Assembly (NCBI GenBank): GCA_934087515.1
Contig: CAKOIY010000001.1
Location: 3,308 to 67,307 of the forward strand
Direction of reading: 5' to 3'
Length of the DNA: 64,000 nt
Origin: an uncultured Bacilli bacterium
GTDB taxonomy: Bacteria > Bacillota_I > Bacilli_A > RF39 > UBA660
Shown: positions 1 to 9,188 of the stretch, piece after piece
How the letters are laid out: each line of letters starts with the position of its first letter
Position numbering within the stretch: position 1 is the stretch's first letter
Made by a program: the position numbers and the translations under genes
The notes under the pieces: generated by a model
Databases searched by the model: none
What the model saw: only the letters and a program-made list of their open reading frames with translations
Told to the model about the DNA's origin: nothing

Positions 1-388
1 GATTAATTTGAAGGTTGTGGGGCCTTTAAGGATTGAAAAGGATTTGCTTGGTTTGGGTATTAGTAAGTCTGTTATTTCTAAGTATATTGGTAATTATTCT
101 AAGGAGATGCAAGTTTCTAAGATTAATAGGTTTATTGCTAAGGAGATTAAGTTAAATAGTAATAAATCGTCTTATGTTCTTAAAAATAAGATATTAATTA
201 GTTTGGTTAATAAGGGATTTTATAAAGATGATGTTGTTATGTGTTTAGATAATGTTGTTATTGATGATTCTTTGATGTATGAAAAGGAATACAAGAAGAT
301 TTATGATAAACTTTCTAAAAAATATAGTGGTAAGGAACTAGAGTATAAAGTTAAACAAAAGATGTATCAGAAGGGTTTTATGGTTTAA
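1..388 (+). CDS. 5'-truncated ORF; C-terminal part of a RecX-like or other helical regulatory protein (uncertain)
   Basis: The ORF runs off the window start. The C-terminus (KQKMYQKGF...) loosely resembles RecX C-terminal helical repeats. This rests on a motif impression only. Confidence 0.3.
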   Translation, partial: INLKVVGPLRIEKDLLGLGISKSVISKYIGNYSKEMQVSKINRFIAKEIKLNSNKSSYVLKNKILISLVNKGFYKDDVVMCLDNVVIDDSLMYEKEYKKIYDKLSKKYSGKELEYKVKQKMYQKGFMV

Positions 389-543
389 ATTATTTATTTT
401 TTTTGTATTTTTGTTATTTTTTATATTGTTTTTCTTAGATTTTATAGACAAAGTTATATTTTTATGTTATCATTAGTAACGTTAAGCGAAGCAATCCGCT
501 GGGTTATTACTTATGATTGTGGGTAAGAAAAGGAGGAATAGAG

Positions 544-897
544 ATGAATTTAGTTGACAAAGTTGCAGCTAAACAACTAAAAAGTGATATTCCTGAATTT
601 AGAGTTGGGGATACTGTTAGAGTAGATGTTAAGATCATTGAAGGTAAAAAAGAACGTATTCAAGCTTTTGAAGGAATAGTCACAGCGCGTAAAAATGGTG
701 GTGTTAGTGAAACATTTACTGTTAGAAAGGTTTCTTATGGAGTTGGAGTAAACAGAGTTTTCCCTGTTCATTCTCCAAAAATAGCAAAAATTACTGTAGT
801 TAAAAAAGGTAAAGTAAGACGTGCTAAGTTAAATTTCTTAAAGGAACGTGTTGGCGTATACAGAATTAAAGAAAGAGGAAATAAGGCATCTAAATAG
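544..897 (+). CDS. rplS: 50S ribosomal protein L19
   Basis: The translation [46 protein letters not shown]... is the canonical L19 sequence. An RBS AAAGGAGGA lies 6 nt upstream of ATG at 544. The track's start at 517 is probably overextended. Confidence 0.9.
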   Translation: MNLVDKVAAKQLKSDIPEFRVGDTVRVDVKIIEGKKERIQAFEGIVTARKNGGVSETFTVRKVSYGVGVNRVFPVHSPKIAKITVVKKGKVRRAKLNFLKERVGVYRIKERGNKASK

Positions 898-914
898 CCT
901 TATTTTTGTTAATT

Positions 915-1424
915 ATGAAAAAGGAAACGATTAGGGAGCTAATAATATATGGTAGTGTTATTTTAGCAATAATTTTGATTAGAACTTTTGTAATTACTCC
1001 GGTTAGAGTAAATGGTACTAGTATGTATTCTACTTTGAAAGATGGGGAAATAATGATTCTTAATAAGCTTGATTATAAGTTTAATGATATTGAAAGATTT
1101 GATATTGTAGTAGTTAAGACTGATAGTAATAAGATTATAAAAAGAGTAATTGGTCTTCCTGGTGAATCTATAAGATATGTTGATAATACTCTTTATATAA
1201 ATGATAAGAAAATTGATGAGACTTATTTAAAAGATAAGACTGATGATTTTGATCTTCAAGAACTTGGATATGATAGGATTCCTGATGATTGTTATTTTGT
1301 TCTTGGTGATAATAGGGATAATTCTAGTGATAGTAGGGTTATTGGTCCTGTTAAGAAGAGTCAAATTGAGGGTAGTGCTAGTCTTGTATTATTTCCTTTT
1401 AAAGAAGCAGGAGTTAAAAAATAA
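915..1424 (+). CDS. lepB: Signal peptidase I (bacterial P-type)
   Basis: It has an N-terminal TM segment, the catalytic Ser in the GTSM motif, a later catalytic Lys, and the GDNRDNSSDSR box typical of SPase I. Its position after rplS matches clostridial gene order. Confidence 0.85.
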   Translation: MKKETIRELIIYGSVILAIILIRTFVITPVRVNGTSMYSTLKDGEIMILNKLDYKFNDIERFDIVVVKTDSNKIIKRVIGLPGESIRYVDNTLYINDKKIDETYLKDKTDDFDLQELGYDRIPDDCYFVLGDNRDNSSDSRVIGPVKKSQIEGSASLVLFPFKEAGVKK

Positions 1425-1455
1425 GATAGTGTTTGGTTCACTATCTTTTATTGTG
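1425..1455. terminator. Bidirectional rho-independent terminator between lepB and the convergent small ORF
   Basis: An 8-bp perfect stem (agatagtg ... cactatct) with a tttggtt loop is followed by a T-run. Confidence 0.6.
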
Positions 1456-1458
1456 TTT

Positions 1459-1716
1459 TTATATGAAATTTTTATATTTATTATATAATTCTAATATTAA
1501 ATAATAATTATCATTACTTATTTTGTCTTTTAACATTTTTATGTATGGTAAGGGTGTTTCTAATAATTCATTATAATAAGTTTTTATGTGGTTATAAATA
1601 ATATCTACTTCTTTATTAGTGGCATCATAACCATTTTTTTCTATGTAATTATAGATATCTTCTTTACTCATGTTTTTAATATAATTTTTAATTAAGTTTT
1701 TTTGCATTTTTATCAC
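1459..1716 (-). CDS. Small hypothetical protein (85 aa)
   Basis: This is a clean ORF sitting convergent to lepB. I recognise no family for it. Confidence 0.35.
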   Translation of the reverse strand: MIKMQKNLIKNYIKNMSKEDIYNYIEKNGYDATNKEVDIIYNHIKTYYNELLETPLPYIKMLKDKISNDNYYLILELYNKYKNFI

Positions 1717-1746
1717 CTATAAAATTATATGTAATATTTTTTTAAA

Positions 1747-3825
1747 ATGAAACAAAATAATAATATGAAAAGAAATAAAAATATTAGAAATAAAACTGTT
1801 TATTTGAGGCATGAATCTGGGAGGATGGCTATTATACTTACAATAGTTATTAGTTTTTTTATTGTTATTTTTTTTAGAATATTTTATCTTAATGTTTTTA
1901 TGGCTAATTTTTATAATATGAAGCTTTCTAATTCTAGGGATATTTATGTTTATGGGGAGAGTACTGCAAGAGGAAGAATTCTTGATAGGAATGGTAAGGT
2001 TTTGGTAGGAAATAAGGCTGTTAAGAGTATTTATTATAAGAAGCCTAAAGGTGTTACTAGTAGTGATGAGGTTTTACTTGCTTATAGGATTTGTGATGTA
2101 CTTGGTCTTAATTATAATTTACTTAATGATAGGAATCTTAAGGAGTTTTATATTTTACTTAATGAGGATAAGGTTAATTCTCTTATTACTTTTTCTGAGT
2201 ATGAAGATTTAGAAAATAGGAAACTTTCTTTGGATGATATATATGAACTTAAGATAAAAAGAATTAGTAAGTCTATGCTTAAGTCTATGAGTAAGCGTGA
2301 TAGAAAAGCTGCTTATATTTATTATTTGATGAATAAGGGGTATTTTTATGATGAAAAGGTTATTAAACTTAAGAATGTTTCTGATAGGGAATATGCTTAT
2401 TTTTCTGAGAATAGTAAGGTTTTGAAGGGTTTTAACACTAAGCTTGAATGGGAAAGGGTTTATCCTTATGGTGATACTTTGGGTGTTATTCTTGGGAGTG
2501 TTTCTAGTAAGGATTCTGGTATTCCTAAGGAGGAAAAGGATTATTATTTGGAACATGGTTATTTGCTTACTGATAGGGTTGGGGTTTCTGGACTTGAAAA
2601 GGAGTATGAGGAGATACTTAAGGGTGAGAAGTCTATGTATAAGGTTTCTGGTGATGATTTAGTTCTTGTTAAAAAAGGGAAAAGTGGTAATGATATTGTG
2701 TTATCTATAGATATTGATTTACAAAGAAAGATAGATAAGATGCTTGCTTCTTTGATTGTTAAGGCTAAGAGTGAGGCTAATACACAGTTTTTTAATAGGA
2801 GTTATGTTGTTATTCAAGATCCTTATACTGGGGAGATACTTTCGATGTCTGGGAAAAAACTTGTTTTAAAAAATGGTAGTTATAAGACATATGATAATAG
2901 TGAAGGAGCGTTTTTATCTACTGTTACTCCTGGTTCTGTTGTTAAGGGTGCTAGTATTATGGTTGGATATAATACTGGTGTTTTGAAGATTGGTGATTAT
3001 ATGGTTGATTCTTGTATTGGTCTTTATAATTTGCCGGAGAAGTGTTCTTGGAAGACGCTTGGTTATATTAATGATATAGATGCTCTTGCTTATTCTTCGA
3101 ATGTTTATCAGTATAAGATTGCTATGAAAGTTGGAGGTTTTAATTATTCTTATGGTAAGAAGCTTAAAATTAATGAGAAGGCTTTTGATACGTATAGGAA
3201 TATGTTTTATAGGTTTGGTTTAGGGGTTAAGACTGGTATTGATTATCCTAAGGAGGAAGATGGTTATAAGAGTAATAATAGAGCAGGAGATCTTTTAATT
3301 AATTATGCAATTGGACAATATGATACTTATACTACGTTACAACTTTCTCAGTATATTTCTACGATTGCTAATGGTGGCACTAGGTATAAAACAAGATTTT
3401 TAAAGTCTGTTCTTGATAGTGAAGGTAATGTTTTATATAATGTTAATCCTGTTGCTTTAAATACTTTAGGTGTTAAGAAAAAATATATTAAACGTGTTAG
3501 AAAGGGATTTCGTGCTGTTACTAGTTATGGTACTGGTTCTGGTTATATGGATTTTGCTCCTTCGCCTTCAGGTAAGACTGGTACTAGTGAATCTTTTATT
3601 GATTTAGATAATGATGGTGTAATTGATGCTGAGAGTATTACTAATAATTTTGTAGGGTATGCTCCTTCTTCTAAACCTGTTATGTCTATAGCGGCTTCTT
3701 TTCCTGATATTCAGAATCCTAATTCTGGTAAATATAAGAGCAATGTTAATCAAGAAGTTGTTTCTAAGGCTACTAAAATTTTCTTTGAATTATATAAAAA
3801 TGATAATAAAAGTAAGAAAAGATGA
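1747..3825 (+). CDS. Class B penicillin-binding protein (PBP2-like transpeptidase)
   Basis: It has an N-terminal membrane anchor and transpeptidase motifs S-V-V-K (SxxK), SSN (SxN) and KTGT in the correct order and spacing. Confidence 0.85.
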   Translation: MKQNNNMKRNKNIRNKTVYLRHESGRMAIILTIVISFFIVIFFRIFYLNVFMANFYNMKLSNSRDIYVYGESTARGRILDRNGKVLVGNKAVKSIYYKKPKGVTSSDEVLLAYRICDVLGLNYNLLNDRNLKEFYILLNEDKVNSLITFSEYEDLENRKLSLDDIYELKIKRISKSMLKSMSKRDRKAAYIYYLMNKGYFYDEKVIKLKNVSDREYAYFSENSKVLKGFNTKLEWERVYPYGDTLGVILGSVSSKDSGIPKEEKDYYLEHGYLLTDRVGVSGLEKEYEEILKGEKSMYKVSGDDLVLVKKGKSGNDIVLSIDIDLQRKIDKMLASLIVKAKSEANTQFFNRSYVVIQDPYTGEILSMSGKKLVLKNGSYKTYDNSEGAFLSTVTPGSVVKGASIMVGYNTGVLKIGDYMVDSCIGLYNLPEKCSWKTLGYINDIDALAYSSNVYQYKIAMKVGGFNYSYGKKLKINEKAFDTYRNMFYRFGLGVKTGIDYPKEEDGYKSNNRAGDLLINYAIGQYDTYTTLQLSQYISTIANGGTRYKTRFLKSVLDSEGNVLYNVNPVALNTLGVKKKYIKRVRKGFRAVTSYGTGSGYMDFAPSPSGKTGTSESFIDLDNDGVIDAESITNNFVGYAPSSKPVMSIAASFPDIQNPNSGKYKSNVNQEVVSKATKIFFELYKNDNKSKKR

Positions 3826-3898
3826 AGAAATATTAAAAAAACTTTTGCTTTTTGTTAAAAATTTGATATAATACTTATGGAAATGAGGAGGGATATAA

Positions 3899-4063
3899 AT
3901 GGCAAAGATAGGAAATAGACAATTTAAAACACTTACATGTACAGTTTGTAAAGCGTATAGCTATCGTACTGATAAGAACGTAAAAAATACTCCAGAACGT
4001 TTAGAACTAAATAAATACTGCCCTAGATGTAAAAAGCATACAACTTTTAAAGAAGAAAAATAG
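3899..4063 (+). CDS. rpmG: 50S ribosomal protein L33
   Basis: This 54-aa ORF is absent from the track. Its translation is [54 protein letters not shown]. It carries the CxxC...CxxC zinc ribbon of L33, an RBS GAGGAGGG, and an upstream TGnTATAAT-type -10 element. Confidence 0.85.
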   Translation: MAKIGNRQFKTLTCTVCKAYSYRTDKNVKNTPERLELNKYCPRCKKHTTFKEEK

Positions 4064-4079
4064 TAAGTAGGTGAATTTT

Positions 4080-4637
4080 ATGATAAATGTTAATGATTTT
4101 AAGAATGGAATGACAATTAAGGTAGAAGGTAATATTTATACTATAATTGAATTTCAACATGTTAAGCCAGGAAAGGGTGCTGCTTTTGTTAGAACTAAGC
4201 TTAAGAATTTAAGAACTGGCTCTACAATTGAATATACTTTTAATTCAGGTGTTAAGTGTGAAACTGCTAGAATTGAGAGAAAACCTATGCAATTTCTTTA
4301 TGAAAGTGGAGATTTGTATACTTTTATGAATATGCAAGATTATTCACAAGTTGAGCTTTCTAAAGATGTAATTGGAGATAATGTTAAGTACTTAAAGGAA
4401 AATCAAGATTTGGATATAACTTTTTATGAAGGTGAGGTTCTAGGAATTTCACTTCCAGATAAGATTGAACTTAAAGTAACTCAAACTGAACCTGGTGTTA
4501 AGGGTAATACTACTTCAAGTGCTCAAAAGGATGCGACGCTTGAAACAGGTTATCAAATTAGAGTACCATTATTTATTAATGAAGGTGAGTCTGTAATAGT
4601 TTCTACAAAAGATGGTAAATATGTTTCAAGAGCTTAG
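4080..4637 (+). CDS. efp: Elongation factor P
   Basis: The translation MINVNDFKNGMTIKVEGNIYTIIEFQHVKPGKGAAFVRTKLKNLRTG... is the canonical EF-P N-terminus and includes the modified-Lys loop KPGKGAAF. Confidence 0.9.
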   Translation: MINVNDFKNGMTIKVEGNIYTIIEFQHVKPGKGAAFVRTKLKNLRTGSTIEYTFNSGVKCETARIERKPMQFLYESGDLYTFMNMQDYSQVELSKDVIGDNVKYLKENQDLDITFYEGEVLGISLPDKIELKVTQTEPGVKGNTTSSAQKDATLETGYQIRVPLFINEGESVIVSTKDGKYVSRA

Positions 4638-4683
4638 CTCTTTTTTATTCCCTTTTTATTTAAATTTTTAGGAGGAAAAGAAT

Positions 4684-5007
4684 ATGGCTGAAAAAGATAT
4701 GAATATGAGTCAAAAAAAAGTATTTAATAGGGGTGTTAGTGCAGGATACTTTAATATTGATGTAGAAGATGTGTCAGTTATGAATGTAGAAGTTAGAAAT
4801 GTTTATGATTTAGGTTTGGAACATGGAAAAGAAAGGCTTAAAACAAAACAAATAAAAGGGGAACTTGATGATGCTTATAATGCTCAAAGAGAAGGGTATT
4901 TAGAAGTATTAAGAGCATGGGAAAATGATGGAGAAATAGTGTTTAAAGAGGGTGTTAAGACTTTGGATACTACTTCTTTAGGACATGGAGTAAGAGTACA
5001 TAGATAA
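4684..5007 (+). CDS. Small hypothetical protein (107 aa)
   Basis: It has a strong RBS AGGAGGAAAAGAAT-ATG. It occupies the position held by yqhV after efp in Bacillus. I recognise no family for it. Confidence 0.45.
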   Translation: MAEKDMNMSQKKVFNRGVSAGYFNIDVEDVSVMNVEVRNVYDLGLEHGKERLKTKQIKGELDDAYNAQREGYLEVLRAWENDGEIVFKEGVKTLDTTSLGHGVRVHR

Positions 5008-5138
5008 AGGTGTGCCTCATTTCTTAGGAAATGGGGTTTTGTTTTGAAAAAAAGTTTTATAATAATAAGAAAATGTTTGGAAACTTTTTTATTTAGTGAT
5101 ATTATTATATTAGTTTATTATAGAGGAGGGTTTATTTT

Positions 5139-7193
5139 ATGAAGAATAATCGTGCTTTTACTTTAGTTGAAATGTTAGCTGTTGTGGTTATACTTGCTAT
5201 TTTAGTGGGGCTTATTGTTCCTAGTGTTTCTGGTTATATTGCAGAGGGAAAGAAAGAATATAATATATCTTTGAAGAAACAGTTGTTACTTGCTGGAAAA
5301 AATTACTATTCTAGTAATAAAGAGAAGTTACCTACTAGGGTGAGTGTTGATGTTAGCAATTTTGTTACTGCTAAGGAGCTTTCTACTTCTAAATATTTGT
5401 CTAAGGATTTAGTGGATTCTAATAAGAATAGTTGTATGGATGATAGTTATGTTGTTGCAAGGAATGATGGTACTGGTGTTAAATATTATTCTTGTTTGAC
5501 TTGTGGTAGTAAGAGTTATTATTCTGGTGATGAGGAAAAGTATTGTAAGAAAATAGAACGTCCAAATATGAATGGAATTTCTTGTAGTATTGATTCTAAT
5601 ACTGTTAAGAATACTGGTTATTCTGTTACTGCTGATGTAAAATATACTGGTAATATTGAAGAACTTTATACTGTTGATGGACATAAAGTTAGACATACTC
5701 AAGTGCTGAGTACAGATAGTTCTAGTACTAAGGTTAAAACTATAAATATTAGTAATTATGGTGATAATTATGTTTATGTTGGTGCTAGTAATGGTAAGTT
5801 GTTGTGTGGTACTATAACTATTCCAAAACCTAGTGATTATGGTGTTATAAGTAAAGATATGTATTTGGTTGATAAGAGTGAATGTGATTCTGTTCGTGAA
5901 AATGGTATTAGTAAGGCTGATTTGAAGAGTGGAAAATATGAAAAATATACTGGGGATAATTGGACTAATAAGTGTATTTATGTTGATCTTAAATATAAGT
6001 CTCTTAGTTTTAAGGAAAAATCTGTTAAATATAAACGAGATAATGCTAATGAAGATAAGTCTGTAACGATAAAAGATAAGCTTAAATATTTTGTAATAGA
6101 TGCTATTAATGATAATGAAAAGGAACATTCTTGGGTTGTGAAGGGAACTTTAAATGATCCTCCATATAATGAGTCTAAAACTGATTTTAATACTAAGATA
6201 GATATTACTTCTCCTAAGGTTATTGTTAAAAATTCTAGTAATGGTGTTTGGACTAATAAGAAAATTACTGTTGATATTACTGCAGAAGATGAGCTTTCAG
6301 GAATTAGGAAAATAGAGTATTCTATTGATAATGGTACGACTTGGACATCTCTTTCTGTTTCTGGTGATGATAAGAAGAAAACTGCTAAAGTTGTATTTGA
6401 TAATACTGAAAACAAAAAATTTAATATGTTAGTTAAGGCTGTTGATAATACTGGTAATATTGGTAATGCATTTACTCCTATAAAATTGGATGTTACTCCT
6501 CCTAGTGTTACTATTTCTAGTTCTAATACTAATTGGACTAAGAATAATGTAACTGTTTCTAGTACTGCTTCTGATAGTCATAGTGGTATTGAAAGTATAG
6601 AATATTCAAAGGATGGTAAGACTTGGTCAACACTTGTTAATGCTACATCTGGTTCTAAGACTTATAGTAGTACTGTGAATGAATATATGTATGTTAGAGC
6701 TAAGGATAAGGCTGGTAATTATAGTAGTAGTAAGAATACTCTTGTTAGAATAGATAAATTACCTCCTAATTCTCCTTATATAAGTACTATTAGTTTTGAA
6801 AAATCTGTTATTAGTGGTAGACATAATTGTTCGGGAGTTGGTGGTACTCAAAGTAATGTCTCTTGTAATGTATGTATATTGTTTACTAAATATAAAGCAT
6901 ATGGTTTTTCTGCTCCTAGAACATATTCTGATGTTGGTGGTAGTGGTGTAGATTATCAACAAAATACTTGGAACCATAATGGTAATGCTAGGACATACAC
7001 TAGTTGGGGTAGTTCAGCTGGTTGGAGTTGGAGAGCTAATAATAATCATTATATGAATTATGTATGGATTGATTTTGGTTCAAGAGTTGTAGATAAGGTT
7101 GGTAATGTTGGGTATCATACAATAGTACATTATAGGATTTATGATACTGATAAGAGATCTGCTTATGATGCTTGCGTTGATGCTTATATATAA
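5139..7193 (+). CDS. Giant modular type IV pilin-like protein (684 aa), paralogue 1
   Basis: The N-terminus MKNNRA|FTLVEMLAVVVILAILVGL has a class-III (prepilin) signal with Glu at +5. A conserved ~130-aa head with a C...CLTC...C pattern is shared with the ORFs at 45827 and 48050. It also has two tandem ~90-aa Ig-like repeats (TPPSVTISS..W.N.VTV..TA.D..SGI..IEYS.DG.TW) and a Cys/Trp/Tyr-rich C-terminus. An RBS AGAGGAGGG lies upstream. Confidence 0.75.
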   Translation: MKNNRAFTLVEMLAVVVILAILVGLIVPSVSGYIAEGKKEYNISLKKQLLLAGKNYYSSNKEKLPTRVSVDVSNFVTAKELSTSKYLSKDLVDSNKNSCMDDSYVVARNDGTGVKYYSCLTCGSKSYYSGDEEKYCKKIERPNMNGISCSIDSNTVKNTGYSVTADVKYTGNIEELYTVDGHKVRHTQVLSTDSSSTKVKTINISNYGDNYVYVGASNGKLLCGTITIPKPSDYGVISKDMYLVDKSECDSVRENGISKADLKSGKYEKYTGDNWTNKCIYVDLKYKSLSFKEKSVKYKRDNANEDKSVTIKDKLKYFVIDAINDNEKEHSWVVKGTLNDPPYNESKTDFNTKIDITSPKVIVKNSSNGVWTNKKITVDITAEDELSGIRKIEYSIDNGTTWTSLSVSGDDKKKTAKVVFDNTENKKFNMLVKAVDNTGNIGNAFTPIKLDVTPPSVTISSSNTNWTKNNVTVSSTASDSHSGIESIEYSKDGKTWSTLVNATSGSKTYSSTVNEYMYVRAKDKAGNYSSSKNTLVRIDKLPPNSPYISTISFEKSVISGRHNCSGVGGTQSNVSCNVCILFTKYKAYGFSAPRTYSDVGGSGVDYQQNTWNHNGNARTYTSWGSSAGWSWRANNNHYMNYVWIDFGSRVVDKVGNVGYHTIVHYRIYDTDKRSAYDACVDAYI

Positions 7194-7201
7194 AATAAAT
7201 T

Positions 7202-7228
7202 GGTTACTTTATGTAACCTTTTTTTTGG
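7202..7228 (+). terminator. Rho-independent terminator after pilin paralogue 1
   Basis: The stem ggttac/gtaacc with loop tttat is followed by a T8 run. Confidence 0.6.
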
Positions 7229-7285
7229 TTTGTTTTTTGTATAATTTTTATTTTTGTACATATATTTTATCAGGAGGAGAGCATT

Positions 7286-7795
7286 ATGGTTAATAAACAA
7301 GGGTTATGGTTTTTAACTTTATTTAGTTTAATATTGGTACTTAGTATTTATTATATAACCATGCCAAATGAAATATTTAAGAGTGAAGAGGTTGTAGCAA
7401 ATGATAATGATACAAAAGATGATAAAGATACTTCAGAGGTTAATAGTCAGAATACAAGTTATATAGAGACTTTAAAGGTTGAGCTGGATTCGGAAAGAGC
7501 AGAGATTTTGAATACTTTAGAAGAAATTTTAAATGATAATTCTAAGAGTAGTTCTGAAAAGAATAAAGCTTATGAACAGATGAAAGAGATTAATAATTTA
7601 AAAGCTAGTGAGGAACAACTAGTTAAGACTATTAAAGAGGAGTATAAACTTGATGCTTATGTAAAACAAGAGGATTCTAAGATTGAAGTTGTAATTGATA
7701 GTAAGGAACATGATGTTAAATTAGCAAATAAGATAATGCGTACTATTCAGAGTGATTTTAATGAACCAATGAGTATATCTGTTAAATTTTCTTAA
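7286..7795 (+). CDS. spoIIIAH: Stage III sporulation protein AH-like (SpoIIIAH/YscJ-FliF family)
   Basis: The N-terminus MVNKQGLWFLTLFSLILVLSIYYITMPNE closely parallels B. subtilis SpoIIIAH (..TVWLLTMLSLVVVLSVYYIMSPE..). It has an acidic linker and a C-terminal domain ending ..SISVKFS, analogous to ..VAVTFEPSK. Confidence 0.6.
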   Translation: MVNKQGLWFLTLFSLILVLSIYYITMPNEIFKSEEVVANDNDTKDDKDTSEVNSQNTSYIETLKVELDSERAEILNTLEEILNDNSKSSSEKNKAYEQMKEINNLKASEEQLVKTIKEEYKLDAYVKQEDSKIEVVIDSKEHDVKLANKIMRTIQSDFNEPMSISVKFS

Positions 7796-7885
7796 AATAG
7801 GTGTTTTTCTTTCACAATAGTTTTATATGTGTCATAAGATAATATGAAATATAAAACCACCCAAGACCTAGAAAGTGAGGGAAAA

Positions 7886-8095
7886 ATGAGAGAAAAGTCT
7901 ATACTTACTAAGAGAGAAAAGGAAGTTTTTCTATTACTTGTTGAGAATAAGACTACTAAAGATATTGCTTTAGAACTTGGTATAAGTGAAAAAACTGTTA
8001 GAAATCATGTTTCTAATGTTATGCAGAAACTTGGTGTTAAGGGTAGGGCTTCGGCAGTAGTAGAGCTTCTTAAGTTAAATGAAATTACTCTTTAG
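7886..8095 (+). CDS. gerE: GerE-like LuxR-family HTH transcription regulator
   Basis: The translation MREKSILTKREKEVFLLLVENKTTKDIALELGISEKTVRNHVSNVMQKLGVKGRASAVVELLKLNEITL is near-collinear with B. subtilis GerE over its full 74-aa length. An RBS AAGTGAGGG lies upstream. The track's start at 7844 is probably overextended. Confidence 0.75.
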   Translation: MREKSILTKREKEVFLLLVENKTTKDIALELGISEKTVRNHVSNVMQKLGVKGRASAVVELLKLNEITL

Positions 8096-8144
8096 ACATG
8101 TATAAAGTTACATGTCTTTTCATATTGTTTAATAGAGGGATATT

Positions 8145-9059
8145 ATGTTGAGAAGGAAAGCAATTAATAGAATATTTTTTTCTACTATAATATTTTTTAT
8201 AGTTTTTACTCTTTATAGTATGAAATTTGTTGATAAGGTTGTTACTAGTGATAATAGTAAAGATAAGGTTAATGAGGAGATTATTTATACTTTAAATAGT
8301 GATAATTATATATCTAAGACTAGTGTTTATGTGAGTAAGGTTTTGTCCTTGGAGGATAGGGTTAGGGAGAAGTTAGAGATTATGGTTAAGGATAATGATA
8401 AAAATGTTCTTTTGCCTAGTTATTTTAAACCTATTTTACCTCAAAATACTAGAGTTTTGGATGTTGTGGTAGAAGATTGTTTAATAAAGGTATATTTTTC
8501 TAAAGAGCTTAATAATATTAATAAGGAACAGTCTGAGAGAATGATTGAGGCTATAGTGTATACTGTTACAGATGAAAATATTTTAGGTATTGAGATATAT
8601 GTTAATGGGCAGATGTTAAAGTATGTTCCTAATACTAGGAAGGTTCTTCCTACTATACTTACAAAAGATATTGGAATAAATAAGTCTTATGATATTAATG
8701 CTAGTAATGATATATCTAAGGTTGTTATGATGTATTATACAAATGATAATGATAATTATTATGAAGTTCCTGTTACTAAGTATGTTAATGATGATAGGGA
8801 GAAATTAGAGATTATTTTTGATGAGTTTGGTAAGATGAGTTATGATAAGAGTTTGATTAGTATGGTGGAAGGAATTAATGTTCTTGATTATAGTATTTTG
8901 GATGATAGAATAGTTATTGATGTTAATAAGGAACTTAATAAGGAGGAACAGAACTTAGTTTTTAAGTCTATTTTTAGTAATTATGGTGCTAAAAGTATTG
9001 ATCTTTTGGTAAATGGTGAAAAAAAAGTTAAAAAAACAAGAAATGCACTTGAAAATTAA
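8145..9059 (+). CDS. GerM-like (GerMN-domain) sporulation/germination lipoprotein
   Basis: It has an N-terminal signal anchor and a two-lobed organisation. Its size and composition fit GerMN-domain proteins. This is a motif impression only. Confidence 0.4.
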   Translation: MLRRKAINRIFFSTIIFFIVFTLYSMKFVDKVVTSDNSKDKVNEEIIYTLNSDNYISKTSVYVSKVLSLEDRVREKLEIMVKDNDKNVLLPSYFKPILPQNTRVLDVVVEDCLIKVYFSKELNNINKEQSERMIEAIVYTVTDENILGIEIYVNGQMLKYVPNTRKVLPTILTKDIGINKSYDINASNDISKVVMMYYTNDNDNYYEVPVTKYVNDDREKLEIIFDEFGKMSYDKSLISMVEGINVLDYSILDDRIVIDVNKELNKEEQNLVFKSIFSNYGAKSIDLLVNGEKKVKKTRNALEN

Positions 9060-9107
9060 ACTTTTATATTGTATAATTAAGAAGCATTGGTTAATTAATG
9101 TTTATGC

Positions 9108-9184
9108 GTCCTGGTAGCTCAGCAGGATAGAGCAATGGCCTTCTAAGCCATCGGTCAGGGGTTCGAATCCCTTCCAGGACGCCA
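9108..9184 (+). tRNA. tRNA-Arg (anticodon TCT)
   Basis: Cloverleaf parsed by hand. The acceptor stem is GTCCTGG/CCAGGAC, the D-arm GCTC..GAGC, the anticodon stem ATGGC/GCCAT with loop CTTCTAA, and the T-loop TTCGAAT. The 3' CCA is encoded. Confidence 0.85.
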
Positions 9185-9188
9185 TAAT

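Noticed and set aside
389-543. Possible L19 leader regulatory RNA upstream of rplS
   Set aside because: The position fits, but I could not confirm the characteristic hairpin by eye. A covariance-model search with Rfam L19_leader is needed.
5409-6415. Long minus-strand ORFs (239 aa and 145 aa) inside pilin paralogue 1
   Set aside because: They are antisense to a strongly supported plus-strand gene. Their Ile/Asn/Thr-rich composition is typical of reverse-frame artefacts in AT-rich DNA, and they have no RBS.
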